64,000 nt of DNA from NCBI GenBank assembly GCA_963749915.1, contig CAVVOP010000008.1:864001-928000 (forward strand), written 5' to 3'. Each line of letters begins with the position of its first letter. Positions within the stretch are counted from its first letter, which is position 1. The notes under the pieces are model-generated. The model made no database searches. It was not told where the DNA came from and saw nothing but the letters and a program-made list of their open reading frames with translations. A program made the translations under genes and the position numbers. Shown in pieces: positions 30,166-40,015 of the stretch. Origin of the DNA: an uncultured cyanobacterium. GTDB taxonomy: Bacteria; Cyanobacteriota; Cyanobacteriia; Cyanobacteriales; Cyanobacteriaceae.

Positions 30166-32655
30166 GTGAGCAAGCATCGAGTACGAAAAAAGCAGAACCG
30201 CCCTCAAGAGCTTTCCCCTTCTGGGGAAAAGCTCCCCCAGCAACTGCAAAGTCTGATTGGGCAAAAGAGATATAGGGAAGCCTTGAATAAGCTCTCCCAA
30301 ATCCGCCGCTCTTATCCAGAGCTCGAAATTACTCCTTCAGAAGAAATTCTTTGGTCTCTACAGGGACAGCAGGAATGGGCTCAGGGGCACTATCGCTTAG
30401 CAGAGAAATCCTTTCGAAAATCCCTAGAACTAGGTCTTAATGGAGAAGCACACTATTGGTTAGCCAAGTGTCTTCTCTCTTCAGAGCGATTACAAGAAGC
30501 CGTCGAGCTGTTCCGCACCGCTTTCGAAACTCGGGTTCTGCCGACCGATTATGCAGGATGCTACTTGAAGCTTTTATTTCTGGCGGGTGAGACGGCAACA
30601 GTTCAGGAGTTGATTAGTTCTCAGCAGCAGCGGTTTGAGCCCTCTCAATTACACTGGGCCCGAGGAATGCTAGCTGTAAAAGCAGGAGAGCCGGCGAGAG
30701 CCTTAGTTCACTGGCAGAAAATGCAGCAGCCCGTCACCCCGGAAGATTGTCCTGACGCTTGGCTGGTCTATGCTCACCAGCAGATGGAAAACTGGTCGGC
30801 GGCTTCCTCGCTGCTGGGCTGGCAGAAAGGAACTGATGGGGTCAGGTTATCTTTGAGCAATACTGAGCCCAGCCACCCAGCCGAGCAGCGGTTATTAGTG
30901 GTGCAAGCCATAGCCACGGGGAATTCCCTGAGGGAGACAATGATTGTCGAGGAGCGAAAGCTCCCTAACTCGGAAGCCATTCTCGTGTTAGAAATGCTTC
31001 GCCTAATTGACGAACAAAACTTCCACGAGGCGGCCCATATAGCCTTAAAATTAGCTCGCCCTTGTCGGCAATTTCCCGAAGTCGATACCCTCTATCGCCC
31101 ACTCATGATCCTAGCTGGCGAGCAGGCTTGGCGAGAAGGAGAGCCAGAATGTACCCAAGAGTTCTGGTGGGGAATTGCGGTTGAGACCCCCTTTAACCCC
31201 CAGCTGGCAGTGAGACTAAATCAGATCTTGATGGAGATGGGTTCTTATAGCCAAAGCCAGCGCTTATTGACGAGACTGCTGAATTGGCTCAAAAAAGAAG
31301 CACAACAAAATCCCTCGGACTGGCCGTCAAGCCGATTGAAACCGACTCTAGCCCAACTTAACTGCCAGCTGGCGGATAGCTGTATGGCAGCGGATCAGCG
31401 AGAGAAAGGCTTCGGGTACCTGCGATCAGCTGAGCGTCTGTGTCCCAACTTGCCGGACGTGGTCGGGCGCCAAGGCCTGAGAGCCTACGCTCACGATCAG
31501 ACCCAAGAATCTATCACTCTGCTGACCAAGGCCCTGGAGTCAGGCTGTCGCTATGAGGAAGTCTACACCACCTTAATAGAGTGTTTGCAGGAAATCGGCG
31601 ACCAGTCAGAGAGAGCGGAAGTTCGCCGCCGTTTCGGCAAGCAATTTGGGGATCTCACCGCTGACCTAGAAATTGAGGTACCCGCCTGGGTTGAGGCCTT
31701 ATCCCAGCCCAGTTATCGAAGCTTTGAAGGTTTGGCTGTAGAAATCCGCTCGCAAGAGCCTGCATTGCAGGCCTGTCGCATTTTCCTTCGAGGGGCAGTA
31801 GATGAGCCCAATCGGGACCAGCGGGTGACCTTGGCCCAAGAACAAGTGGCCTCACATTGGGAGCAACTGCTCGAGAGCTTAGACCCCGACGAACAAATTC
31901 CCGTGCTCCAGGCCATCGGTCTGTGCCTGCTCCGTTTTGCCAAGCGTAAAAAAGGTCTGGCTGGTTTAATCAATGATTATTTGCAGAAGCTGTTGGATTT
32001 AAGCCAGCAGTATCCAGAAGCACAACTAGCTCACTTCACCTTATTGGTGGTTAAGGGAGTGAAACCCGAACTTTGGCAGGGGACTTTGCGCCAATACGTA
32101 GAGAGAGCAACCCAGCCAGAGACAGCTCTGGCTCAGCTGCAGCTGAAAGTTCGGCGCTTCGCCCAAACTGAAGCTCTTCTCCCCTTCCTGGACGAAGCAC
32201 TCCGCCGTCACCCCCAAAATCCTCTGGTGCTGCTGGCTAAAGCAACGGTGTTTCCCGCTGACAGCCCGGAGTATCAGCAGCTATCAGCACAAGGATTTGA
32301 ACTGGCCCGTCGCTTGCAAGATACCCAGTCCCTAAAAGCTTGGCGGGAAGAGTCGGCCTTCCAGTCCAGTCTGAGGACTCAAGAAAAGCTGCCAGAGCTG
32401 TTCGGTTTAGGAGATCATGGCCGGCTAGACCTGACAGAAGTCCTCGAAAATTTAGCCCAGCAAATTTTGGGAGAAGATCTGTCCCCGGAAGTCTTGGAGA
32501 AGATGTTGCCAGAGCTAGAGCAGCTCCTGAGTGACGAACTGCCTGAGGGTTCAGAGCCGGAGTACGAGACCCCTGACTTCCGCTTTCCCTTTGACCGCCC
32601 GTCTCGGTCGCAAAAGTCCTCAAAACGAAAACGCCCACGGGGATTTCAAAGCTAA
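30166..32655 (+). CDS. Large TPR-repeat helical protein
   Basis: EAHYWLAKCLL and other TPR-like helices; first gene of a high-GC operon. Confidence 0.7.
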   Translation: MSKHRVRKKQNRPQELSPSGEKLPQQLQSLIGQKRYREALNKLSQIRRSYPELEITPSEEILWSLQGQQEWAQGHYRLAEKSFRKSLELGLNGEAHYWLAKCLLSSERLQEAVELFRTAFETRVLPTDYAGCYLKLLFLAGETATVQELISSQQQRFEPSQLHWARGMLAVKAGEPARALVHWQKMQQPVTPEDCPDAWLVYAHQQMENWSAASSLLGWQKGTDGVRLSLSNTEPSHPAEQRLLVVQAIATGNSLRETMIVEERKLPNSEAILVLEMLRLIDEQNFHEAAHIALKLARPCRQFPEVDTLYRPLMILAGEQAWREGEPECTQEFWWGIAVETPFNPQLAVRLNQILMEMGSYSQSQRLLTRLLNWLKKEAQQNPSDWPSSRLKPTLAQLNCQLADSCMAADQREKGFGYLRSAERLCPNLPDVVGRQGLRAYAHDQTQESITLLTKALESGCRYEEVYTTLIECLQEIGDQSERAEVRRRFGKQFGDLTADLEIEVPAWVEALSQPSYRSFEGLAVEIRSQEPALQACRIFLRGAVDEPNRDQRVTLAQEQVASHWEQLLESLDPDEQIPVLQAIGLCLLRFAKRKKGLAGLINDYLQKLLDLSQQYPEAQLAHFTLLVVKGVKPELWQGTLRQYVERATQPETALAQLQLKVRRFAQTEALLPFLDEALRRHPQNPLVLLAKATVFPADSPEYQQLSAQGFELARRLQDTQSLKAWREESAFQSSLRTQEKLPELFGLGDHGRLDLTEVLENLAQQILGEDLSPEVLEKMLPELEQLLSDELPEGSEPEYETPDFRFPFDRPSRSQKSSKRKRPRGFQS

Positions 32656-32682
32656 CCAAAATCTATCGGAGCAACTCTCAAA

Positions 32683-32979
32683 ATGAAAGAACACTACCAA
32701 AGCTTAGGGCTCGACCCCGATGCCACCCCAGCTCAGATCAAGTCCGCTTATCATGCCAAGCTGCGGGAGTTTCCCGCTCATTCTCACCCCCAAGAGTTTA
32801 AGGCCGTGCGTCAGGCCTACGAAGCCCTCCGCCAGCGCCGAGCGAATCAAGTTGAGGACTTCTTCGAGCCGCCGCCGATTAAGGCGACCATCCCCAAGGA
32901 GCTACTCAGCTCCTTACGGCAACAGGCACTCGCTCAAGTGCAAGTGAGTGAGGATGACTTAATTAGATTGACTTTTTAA
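32683..32979 (+). CDS. Small J-like domain protein (no canonical HPD)
   Basis: HYQSLGLDPDATPAQIKSAY...FPAH...FKAVRQAYEAL. Confidence 0.8.
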   Translation: MKEHYQSLGLDPDATPAQIKSAYHAKLREFPAHSHPQEFKAVRQAYEALRQRRANQVEDFFEPPPIKATIPKELLSSLRQQALAQVQVSEDDLIRLTF

Positions 32980-33006
32980 ACAACTCAGACAGATCCCAAG
33001 ACCCTT

Positions 33007-33570
33007 ATGAACCAATCCCCTCGAGAACTAGCTGCCCAAAAAGCGCAACTCGCTCGCGAGCAGAAGCTTTTCCTTCAAGACCTGTTAGGGATCGTCGATG
33101 CCCTCGATCAGGCCTGTGCTCACTGGCAAAAGGCGGAACAGAAGCAAGACCCCTCTGGAGCCCGGTCTCCTCAGAAGCCTACCACCCACTCACCGAGGTG
33201 GCACCTGTGGCTGCAACATCTTTGGCAGTGTTTCCTGAGGATGCTGGGGAAACGGCCCGACTCTCCCGGTCAAACAGAGTCGGAGTCCCTAAGGGAAGTT
33301 TTAGTTAGTGCCCGGGAGGGGGTAGAGATGATTCGGCAGGAGTTGCTAGAAGTCTTGAGCCAGCGACAAGTTGTGCCTTTGGAGTCCGTCGGCCAAACTT
33401 TTGATCCCCAATGGATGTACGCCGTCGGACGGCAGGAAAGTGAGGAGGTCGAGGAAAACACAGTGGTTCAGGAGGTTCTGCGGGGCTATCTATGGCAGAA
33501 GAAAATTTTGCGAGAGGCCCAGGTGATTGTCGCCGTGAAGCCATCAGCGTCGTCGGAGCGGAGGGACTGA
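33007..33570 (+). CDS. grpE: GrpE-like nucleotide exchange factor
   Basis: LLGIVDALDQA...GQTFDP..MYAV...VVQEVLRGY...LREAQVIV. Confidence 0.85.
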   Translation: MNQSPRELAAQKAQLAREQKLFLQDLLGIVDALDQACAHWQKAEQKQDPSGARSPQKPTTHSPRWHLWLQHLWQCFLRMLGKRPDSPGQTESESLREVLVSAREGVEMIRQELLEVLSQRQVVPLESVGQTFDPQWMYAVGRQESEEVEENTVVQEVLRGYLWQKKILREAQVIVAVKPSASSERRD

Positions 33571-33657
33571 ACTAATAGTTATTAGTTATCAGTTATTAGT
33601 TATTACTTATTACTTATTCGACATACAATTAATTAGCAAAAGTGAGGAAACCGAGAT

Positions 33658-35385
33658 ATGGGAAAAGCAGTTGGAATTGACTTAGGCACAACAAATTCGG
33701 TCGTGGCTGCCCTTGACAACGGGCAACCTTGGGTCATTCCTGACGAAGAGGGTGAGTTAATCATGCCCTCCTGTGTGGGCTGGGGACCGACAGGTGGGCT
33801 GTTGCTCGGTCGGGCAGCTCTGCGACAGTATGCGGCCGCTCCCGAGCGAACCGTCAAGTCGATCAAGCGCCAGATGGGCACAGACCATCGGACTCGATTA
33901 GGGGAGCGGGACTATCTACCACAGGAAATCTCGGCCTTGCTCCTGCGAGCTTTGAAACAGCAGGCTGAGATGGCTTTGGGAGAGGAAGTCACCCAGGCGG
34001 TGATTACGGTGCCCGCCTACTTTACAGATTCCCAGCGACAGGCGACGAAGGAGGCTGGGGAAATCGCGGGGTTGGAGGTATTGCAAATTCTCAACGAGCC
34101 CACCGCCGCTGCCCTGACCTACGAATGGCGGTCTGAGGAGACCGAGGTCGTTTTGGTCTACGATTTAGGCGGTGGAACCTTCGATGTCTCGATTGTGGAA
34201 ATTACAGGAGAAGTAACTGAGGTTCTCGCTAGTCATGGCAACAACCGTTTGGGGGGTGATGATTTCGACCGCCGACTACTGCGGCATCTACAGGAACAGT
34301 TTCGTCAGAACCACGGAGTGGAGGTGCCGGACGAGGCCGCCGTTGAAGCCCGACTGCTACGAGGGGCCGAGCAGGCCAAGATCTCCCTGAGCGAACAGGC
34401 CTTCACCACGGTTCGCGAACCCTTTTTAGGGAGTAAAGGTCAGACGGCCTTACACCTGGAGCTGGAGATCTCCCGGCAGGAATTGGAAGCCCTGATTGAG
34501 CCGATGCTCCAAGAAACCTTAGAAGCCATTGACCGAGCCCTGTTAGATGCACAGCTGACAGCTGCGGATCTCGACCGGGTCATTTTAGTGGGAGGTTCCA
34601 CGCGGATGCCACTAGTACGGCGCCTAGTGGAAGAACACTTGGGACAGGCTCCTTTTGACAGCATCAACCCCGAATTGTGTGTCGCTTTGGGAGCCGCACT
34701 CCAGGCTGGGGTTTGGGCGGGGGAGTCGACCGAGGCCATTTTGGTGGATGTCATCCCCCATTCCCTAGGAATTGCGGCAGCGGTAGACACACCCCTGGGA
34801 TTGCTCCCAGGAATGTTCAGCACCATCGTGCCCCGCAATAGCGTCATTCCCGTGTCCCGCTCTGAAGTTTACACCACCCTGAGCGACAATCAGGAAATCG
34901 TCGAGATCGAGATCTTTCAGGGGGACAACACTATTGCCCAAGAAAACGTCCCCTTGGGCTCATTTCGCATTGAGGGCTTGCCGTCCCGCCCCGCCGGTGA
35001 GGTTCAGGTTGAGGTTCACTTTGACTTCGATCTCAATGGTATTCTCACCGTGACAGCGACGGAAAAGAGTGAGGGGAAACAGGCCGCCCTAGTGGTCAAT
35101 GATGCTACCAGCCGCCGCCTTGACAGCCACGAATTACAGCAGTCTCGGGCTGAGATAGAATCACTGTTCAACCGGGGAGGACCCGTCAGTTTGAGCAATG
35201 AAGAACTTCTTCACTTAGCTAATCAGGCTCTAGAGACCCTCGAGGGGGAAGCTACTGAGCCGTTGTGCTCACTCCTGACACAAGTTGAAGAGGCCCTCGC
35301 TGCTGAAGAGTCAGAGAGAATTTCATCACTTTTGGCTGAATTGTCGGAGTTGCTCCATGGTCTTGGTCCAGAAAAATTAGAATAA
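33658..35385 (+). CDS. Hsp70/DnaK-family chaperone (accessory paralog)
   Basis: GIDLGTTNS, TVPAYF, YDLGGGTFDVS and LVGGSTRMP motifs. Confidence 0.92.
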   Translation: MGKAVGIDLGTTNSVVAALDNGQPWVIPDEEGELIMPSCVGWGPTGGLLLGRAALRQYAAAPERTVKSIKRQMGTDHRTRLGERDYLPQEISALLLRALKQQAEMALGEEVTQAVITVPAYFTDSQRQATKEAGEIAGLEVLQILNEPTAAALTYEWRSEETEVVLVYDLGGGTFDVSIVEITGEVTEVLASHGNNRLGGDDFDRRLLRHLQEQFRQNHGVEVPDEAAVEARLLRGAEQAKISLSEQAFTTVREPFLGSKGQTALHLELEISRQELEALIEPMLQETLEAIDRALLDAQLTAADLDRVILVGGSTRMPLVRRLVEEHLGQAPFDSINPELCVALGAALQAGVWAGESTEAILVDVIPHSLGIAAAVDTPLGLLPGMFSTIVPRNSVIPVSRSEVYTTLSDNQEIVEIEIFQGDNTIAQENVPLGSFRIEGLPSRPAGEVQVEVHFDFDLNGILTVTATEKSEGKQAALVVNDATSRRLDSHELQQSRAEIESLFNRGGPVSLSNEELLHLANQALETLEGEATEPLCSLLTQVEEALAAEESERISSLLAELSELLHGLGPEKLE

Positions 35386-35688
35386 ACCCGTCACAGAGCA
35401 CTCAAAATTAGTTCTACCTGTAAATTTTCCTTTGATAGACTCAAACCTTCTCAATAAGTCACGGGAAAATTCTGGTTCTAACGGATTTTGTAGTCCAGGG
35501 AAATCAAGGACAATCAGTGTCGGCGATCACTCCGTCAGGACAAAACGTCTGTGATTGGCTAAAGTAGATTGATTCACACGCTTTCGCCATCCTCAAAAAG
35601 ATTAAACTGAACAATCACCAACAGCAACTGTAGTTTCCCAATGCTACCGTCACCTAGATCTCTAGATTTTCTTTACAGATGGAATGTT

Positions 35689-35889
35689 TTAAGCAGATTG
35701 TAGCTCTTCTAATTCTTGAAGGGCTTTCGCAATTGCCTCTCTCAAAAATTTAGTCCGATTGGGCAAGGCTCTAACCTTAGCATCCATATCTGTTGGTAGA
35801 CGCACAGAAATGGGTCTAATTGCCATTTCTGCTACTCCACTTTCGACATATTTGCCTGTTTTTAAATCTCTTTTATATTTCCCAGCCAT
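35689..35889 (-). CDS. CopG/RHH-like small DNA-binding protein
   Basis: PISVRLPTDMDAKVR...FLREAIAKAL. Confidence 0.65.
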   Translation of the reverse strand: MAGKYKRDLKTGKYVESGVAEMAIRPISVRLPTDMDAKVRALPNRTKFLREAIAKALQELEELQSA

Positions 35890-36255
35890 AGTTGAGCTTT
35901 AAGAAAAGACCTTTTAACTTTTTTTTACTCCCCGTCCCAATTGTAACTGATTTTTACCTAAGCAGACAAGGTTAATAGGTTGACACCTGCGTATACGTAG
36001 GTTATGATAGTTAAGATGAATTAATTAACCCAACCTCCCCTGAGCTAATGACACTAGCTCAAGGGGAAACATTCAAAACCGATAGAGTTTTCGAACTATG
36101 ACTATTCTAACCCAACCACCAAATCAATCATACCAAATCTCTCGATTTTGTGAGAGTGTCGTCATCTGCGGAACGTTAGCCGGAGAAGTTTTTAACTGGG
36201 GCAACGGTACGGAAAATCATCCTGCCTTTCTCTTTTTACGGTAAGGAGAAGAAAA

Positions 36256-36749
36256 ATGAAACTAACTGAAATATTAGAACGCCTGCGGCAGCCCGTTCCC
36301 CAGAATCTAATCAGCTACAAAACCATTAAAGGCAACCCCATAGATTATATTTCTTGGGTCAATTTAGCAGATTTACTGGACGCACGTGCGGGCATCGATG
36401 GTTGGAGCTGGAAGTTGATCGACCAACAACAGATCGGCCATAGGTTAACCCAAGTCTGGGAGCTAACCTAACCATTATGGGGGAAGATCGTTCCATCTCC
36501 CGTCAAGCCAGTGGAGATGAAGATGTGGACCTCGATGCCTATGGCACTCCGGCCACGAACGTCGAAGCTCAATGCCTGAGAAGATGCTGTTCAAAGTACG
36601 GTCTTGGCAGAATCCTCTGGAAGAGGGAGCACAAATCAAATCCCCAGCTTTCCCCCACTTTCCCAAAAGTCCCATCATTCCCTAATGGTGAAATCACTAG
36701 ACAGGAGTGGTTATACCGTTTTGGAAACCAACAAACCCAAAAAGTATAA
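36256..36749 (+). pseudogene. Rad52/Rad22-like ssDNA-annealing protein, frameshifted by a 5-bp duplication (TAACC)
   Basis: YISW...WSW...SRQASGDE...AQCLRRCCSKYGLG; CTAACCTAACC at ~36464-36474. Confidence 0.7.
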
Positions 36750-36937
36750 CCCGAAAAAGCCTCGTCTCGTCAGGGGATGGGGTCTCAATACTGCTTAGTT
36801 ATTACCAAAAAAGGCCATTATTAGGGGAATTTAGAATTTAGAATTTAGAATTTAGAATTCTGAACTTAGAAATCTAAGCATTTTATCTTCCTCTTTCGTA
36901 ATTCGTAATTCGTAATTTTAGCTCAGAGTGAGGTGTA

Positions 36938-38146
36938 ATGATGACGACATTAAGCATTGAACAAGAGACATTTAAGTCTTTCTTCCAATTATCTAAAGAG
37001 GCGATCTCCAAAATATGGAGTACCAAGTTATCAGGGAACGACTGGAAGGTTTACAGTTTTCTCAGTTTAATAGATCCCTTTGGAGACCGTTGGTGTGAGC
37101 TGCCTGACATTGAGAATATTTGCCAGCTTTTGACCATAAGTCAAGCCAGCTTTTATCGAGCAATGTCTAAACTGAAGGAGTCCGAATTAATTAACGCTGA
37201 GGACAAGGGTTGGAGATTTAAGAATATCTTAGGATTCGCAAAAATGAGAGGCTATTCTCAAAATTGCGAAACTTTTCTCAAAAATGAGAGACCACTGTCA
37301 AAAATGAGAATAGATTCTCAAAATTGCGAAAACCAAAGCCCAGAACCATTGCCAAAACTTGATTCTAATCTCTCTCAGACTATCCAGACTAATAAAACTG
37401 TTCATACTCTTTCAGACTGCGACACACACATAGATTATTGGAGTATTGCAGAAAAAGAAGAAAATAATCAGCTAGAACAGTATATTAGTTCTCTTAACCA
37501 AGAACCTAAGACAAATGTACTCGTTAACCCTCCTTCTGCCTCCTTTAATTCCCATAACCTCAAGGTCGAGAAAAATGTCCCGGCTGGTAGTATTGTTGTC
37601 AGAAACCAAGAAACAGACCATGAACAACAGGATATTAATCATTCATCATTCATCACTCGTAATTCGATTTGGCAGTGGTTGCCAGAGGGGGCATGGAATG
37701 TTAACGGGAAATTAGATTCTGCCTTTCAGGAGTGGTTAGCGAAGAAATGGGTGGTTAAATATCAAGATTGTGATATTTATGAGTCGAAGGCGAATGTCTT
37801 GGCTTATTTCCGTAATGATCCTGCTAAACTGCCTATTCGCTGGAAACAGTACCAAGAAGAGTATTTAGCTAAAGTTCAGAACATTAAAAATCGTCTCGAT
37901 AATGGCTGTACCATTTCCCCAGAACAACAACAGGAGACCATCGCCCTGTTGGGTGCATTAAGACCTTTAGATCCCGAACAATCAGTATCTTTTGAAGGGA
38001 GTGGTCAACAGGGAGTAGGCAGTAGTGAAGAAATCATTATTCGTCAATTACCCCAAGTAAAAGAAGGGAAAAGGGAGGTAAAGGAAGAAGAAAACACCGT
38101 TCCCAGTTCCCCGTTGCCCGTTGCCCGTTCCCTCTACCGTTACTGA
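36938..38146 (+). CDS. Putative replication initiator (N-terminal wHTH) with intragenic iterons
   Basis: ISQASFYRAMSKL HTH; five 20-bp-period repeats at 37235-37330. Confidence 0.6.
   Translation: MMTTLSIEQETFKSFFQLSKEAISKIWSTKLSGNDWKVYSFLSLIDPFGDRWCELPDIENICQLLTISQASFYRAMSKLKESELINAEDKGWRFKNILGFAKMRGYSQNCETFLKNERPLSKMRIDSQNCENQSPEPLPKLDSNLSQTIQTNKTVHTLSDCDTHIDYWSIAEKEENNQLEQYISSLNQEPKTNVLVNPPSASFNSHNLKVEKNVPAGSIVVRNQETDHEQQDINHSSFITRNSIWQWLPEGAWNVNGKLDSAFQEWLAKKWVVKYQDCDIYESKANVLAYFRNDPAKLPIRWKQYQEEYLAKVQNIKNRLDNGCTISPEQQQETIALLGALRPLDPEQSVSFEGSGQQGVGSSEEIIIRQLPQVKEGKREVKEEENTVPSSPLPVARSLYRY
37235..37330. repeat. 5 iteron-like quasi-palindromes TCTCA-N5-TGAGA, 20-bp period
   Basis: Units start at 37235, 37255, 37275, 37295 and 37315. 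Confidence 0.85.
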
Positions 38147-38732
38147 TGCTGAATTAATAGATTCTACCAATACTAAACCCACTAAAGGAAAACAGAAAAT
38201 AACTAATCCCTTATCTGTAGGCGCTCAGCGAAGCTGCACCGTAGGTGACCGCGTCAGAATCAAAGATAATCATTATTTTGGTGGAAAAGAAGGAGTCGTT
38301 ACCCAGATTCCCTCTCCTAGTTCTCTTGTGGTTGCTTTTGATAATGACCAACGAGAGTTAATCCGACTTCAAGATTTAGATTTACCATCATTATCTAAAC
38401 CACAAAAACCTCAAAAGAAAGAAATTCTGATTAAAGAAGGGCTTAATTATAAAGCCGGACAAGGTTGTAAATGGTATGTTGAGGTTGAGGAAGAAGATTA
38501 TCGTCTCTTTCAAGAATATCAAAGACAAGTTAATGCTCCCAGTATTCGCTCCTGTTTAGTCAGAGCTGTAGAGGGGCAAAAACAGGAAAAATCACCGATT
38601 AAAACTGATGATTTACTGATTAATTTAAGTAGTAAAATTAGTTATCTTAATCAAGAACAAAGATTGTTGTTAGCGAAACAATTAATTGAATCAGACCCAG
38701 ATATTTTCAACAAAATCATCAAGGAAAAATAA
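38121..38732 (+). CDS. KOW-motif hypothetical protein
   Basis: VGDRVRIKD..FGGKEGVV. Confidence 0.55.
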   Translation: MPVPSTVTDAELIDSTNTKPTKGKQKITNPLSVGAQRSCTVGDRVRIKDNHYFGGKEGVVTQIPSPSSLVVAFDNDQRELIRLQDLDLPSLSKPQKPQKKEILIKEGLNYKAGQGCKWYVEVEEEDYRLFQEYQRQVNAPSIRSCLVRAVEGQKQEKSPIKTDDLLINLSSKISYLNQEQRLLLAKQLIESDPDIFNKIIKEK

Positions 38733-39217
38733 AATATGGAAGATAACGAAACAGTTTTTGTTACCCAAAAATTTGATGGTAAACAAATCAAAAATGTTTA
38801 TCATGTACCAGTCAGTCCGGAAATCTACTTTCAACTAGAACTACTGAGAAGACAATTAAACTTCAAAACTCATAGTGAAGTTATTGGCTATTTATTTAGC
38901 TCAAAAGAATAATATGTGGTTCTGTCGCCAAAAAAAATCTAACAACGCTATAGGTAGTGTCAGTGTAAAAAACTATTGAGCTATAGATAGTGTTCAAAAA
39001 AAATTGGCAACAGAGCTATTAATTAAGTTATGATTCAGAAAAAAAGGCTGACAAAAATTTGGACAAGCCCTGGATATCAGCTCAAACAGATTCAGGAAAG
39101 AGAAGATTTGAATATGACCTTTATAAAACCAGCCGGATAATGATACCATTCATAATTAAGTTGATTTATTTCCTCTTGACTAAAGTTAAGATAAATCATG
39201 GAGTGATCCCTTGATTG

Positions 39218-40015
39218 TTAAAGGAGTTTTCGGAAGAGGTTTCGTTCGACCAAAGTTTCAAATTGACGAACCATTCGGGAGGCTATAACTGGATCAACTA
39301 TTAACACTCCCGTTTCCAGGTTGCGTTCATGGGCTGCTTCTGTAAAGTTGGCGGAAGTGACTAAAGTTTTTGTTTTGTCAATTACTACGCACTTAGCATG
39401 AAGGCAGGATTTAGAACCTATTTGTGTAGACAGCGATCGCTGATAGTAAAAGATTTGCGGAGATCGTTTCCCTGACCAGATCTGAGTGTAGAAGTCATGG
39501 ACAAAATCTCGCAGTAGTGATGCGTTAGAGGTTTTGCTACCATAGGGACGAGATATATTAACAAATAATTGGACTTGTAAATGAGGATTTGTATCCATGC
39601 GATCGCCGAGCACCTGAAATATTTCCTGAGTTTTTCGACTTTTGTCAAAAACATAAGTGGCAATCAAAACACTATGTTGAGCAGCCTGAAACAGTTCCCT
39701 GACAACTACCGAAGTGTCTCGGTTTTGGGAACCTAAGAAATCCTCCCCAGTCCAAACTAAATCGATTTTGTCATTAACAGTTTGAGCAGAAGCTCTTTCC
39801 TCTGCTAAAAGTTTCAGAGTGTAGGCGATATGGACTTCAGTCATGGAGAGAGAGGATAGTTTGTTTAACTCCTTCGCTACTTCGTCACATAGGGAACTGG
39901 GAACATAACTGGTTAGATGAATAGGTAAGAAAGGAGTGAGAAGCCTTCCTGACTCAAGAGCAATCGCCAAATTATTTAATGCCGGGTAACTTAATTGGTG
40001 AAAATAAGAAGACAT
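39218..40015 (-). CDS. drmC: DISARM phospholipase D-like protein DrmC
   Basis: LVWTG; HAKCVVID...TSANFTEAA; last gene of the DISARM operon. Confidence 0.9.
   Translation of the reverse strand: MSSYFHQLSYPALNNLAIALESGRLLTPFLPIHLTSYVPSSLCDEVAKELNKLSSLSMTEVHIAYTLKLLAEERASAQTVNDKIDLVWTGEDFLGSQNRDTSVVVRELFQAAQHSVLIATYVFDKSRKTQEIFQVLGDRMDTNPHLQVQLFVNISRPYGSKTSNASLLRDFVHDFYTQIWSGKRSPQIFYYQRSLSTQIGSKSCLHAKCVVIDKTKTLVTSANFTEAAHERNLETGVLIVDPVIASRMVRQFETLVERNLFRKLL

Noticed and set aside
33575..33620. Heptamer tandem repeats (AGTTATT; also ATTTAGA at ~330 and ~36830)
   Set aside because: Ordinary cyanobacterial STRR-type intergenic repeats.
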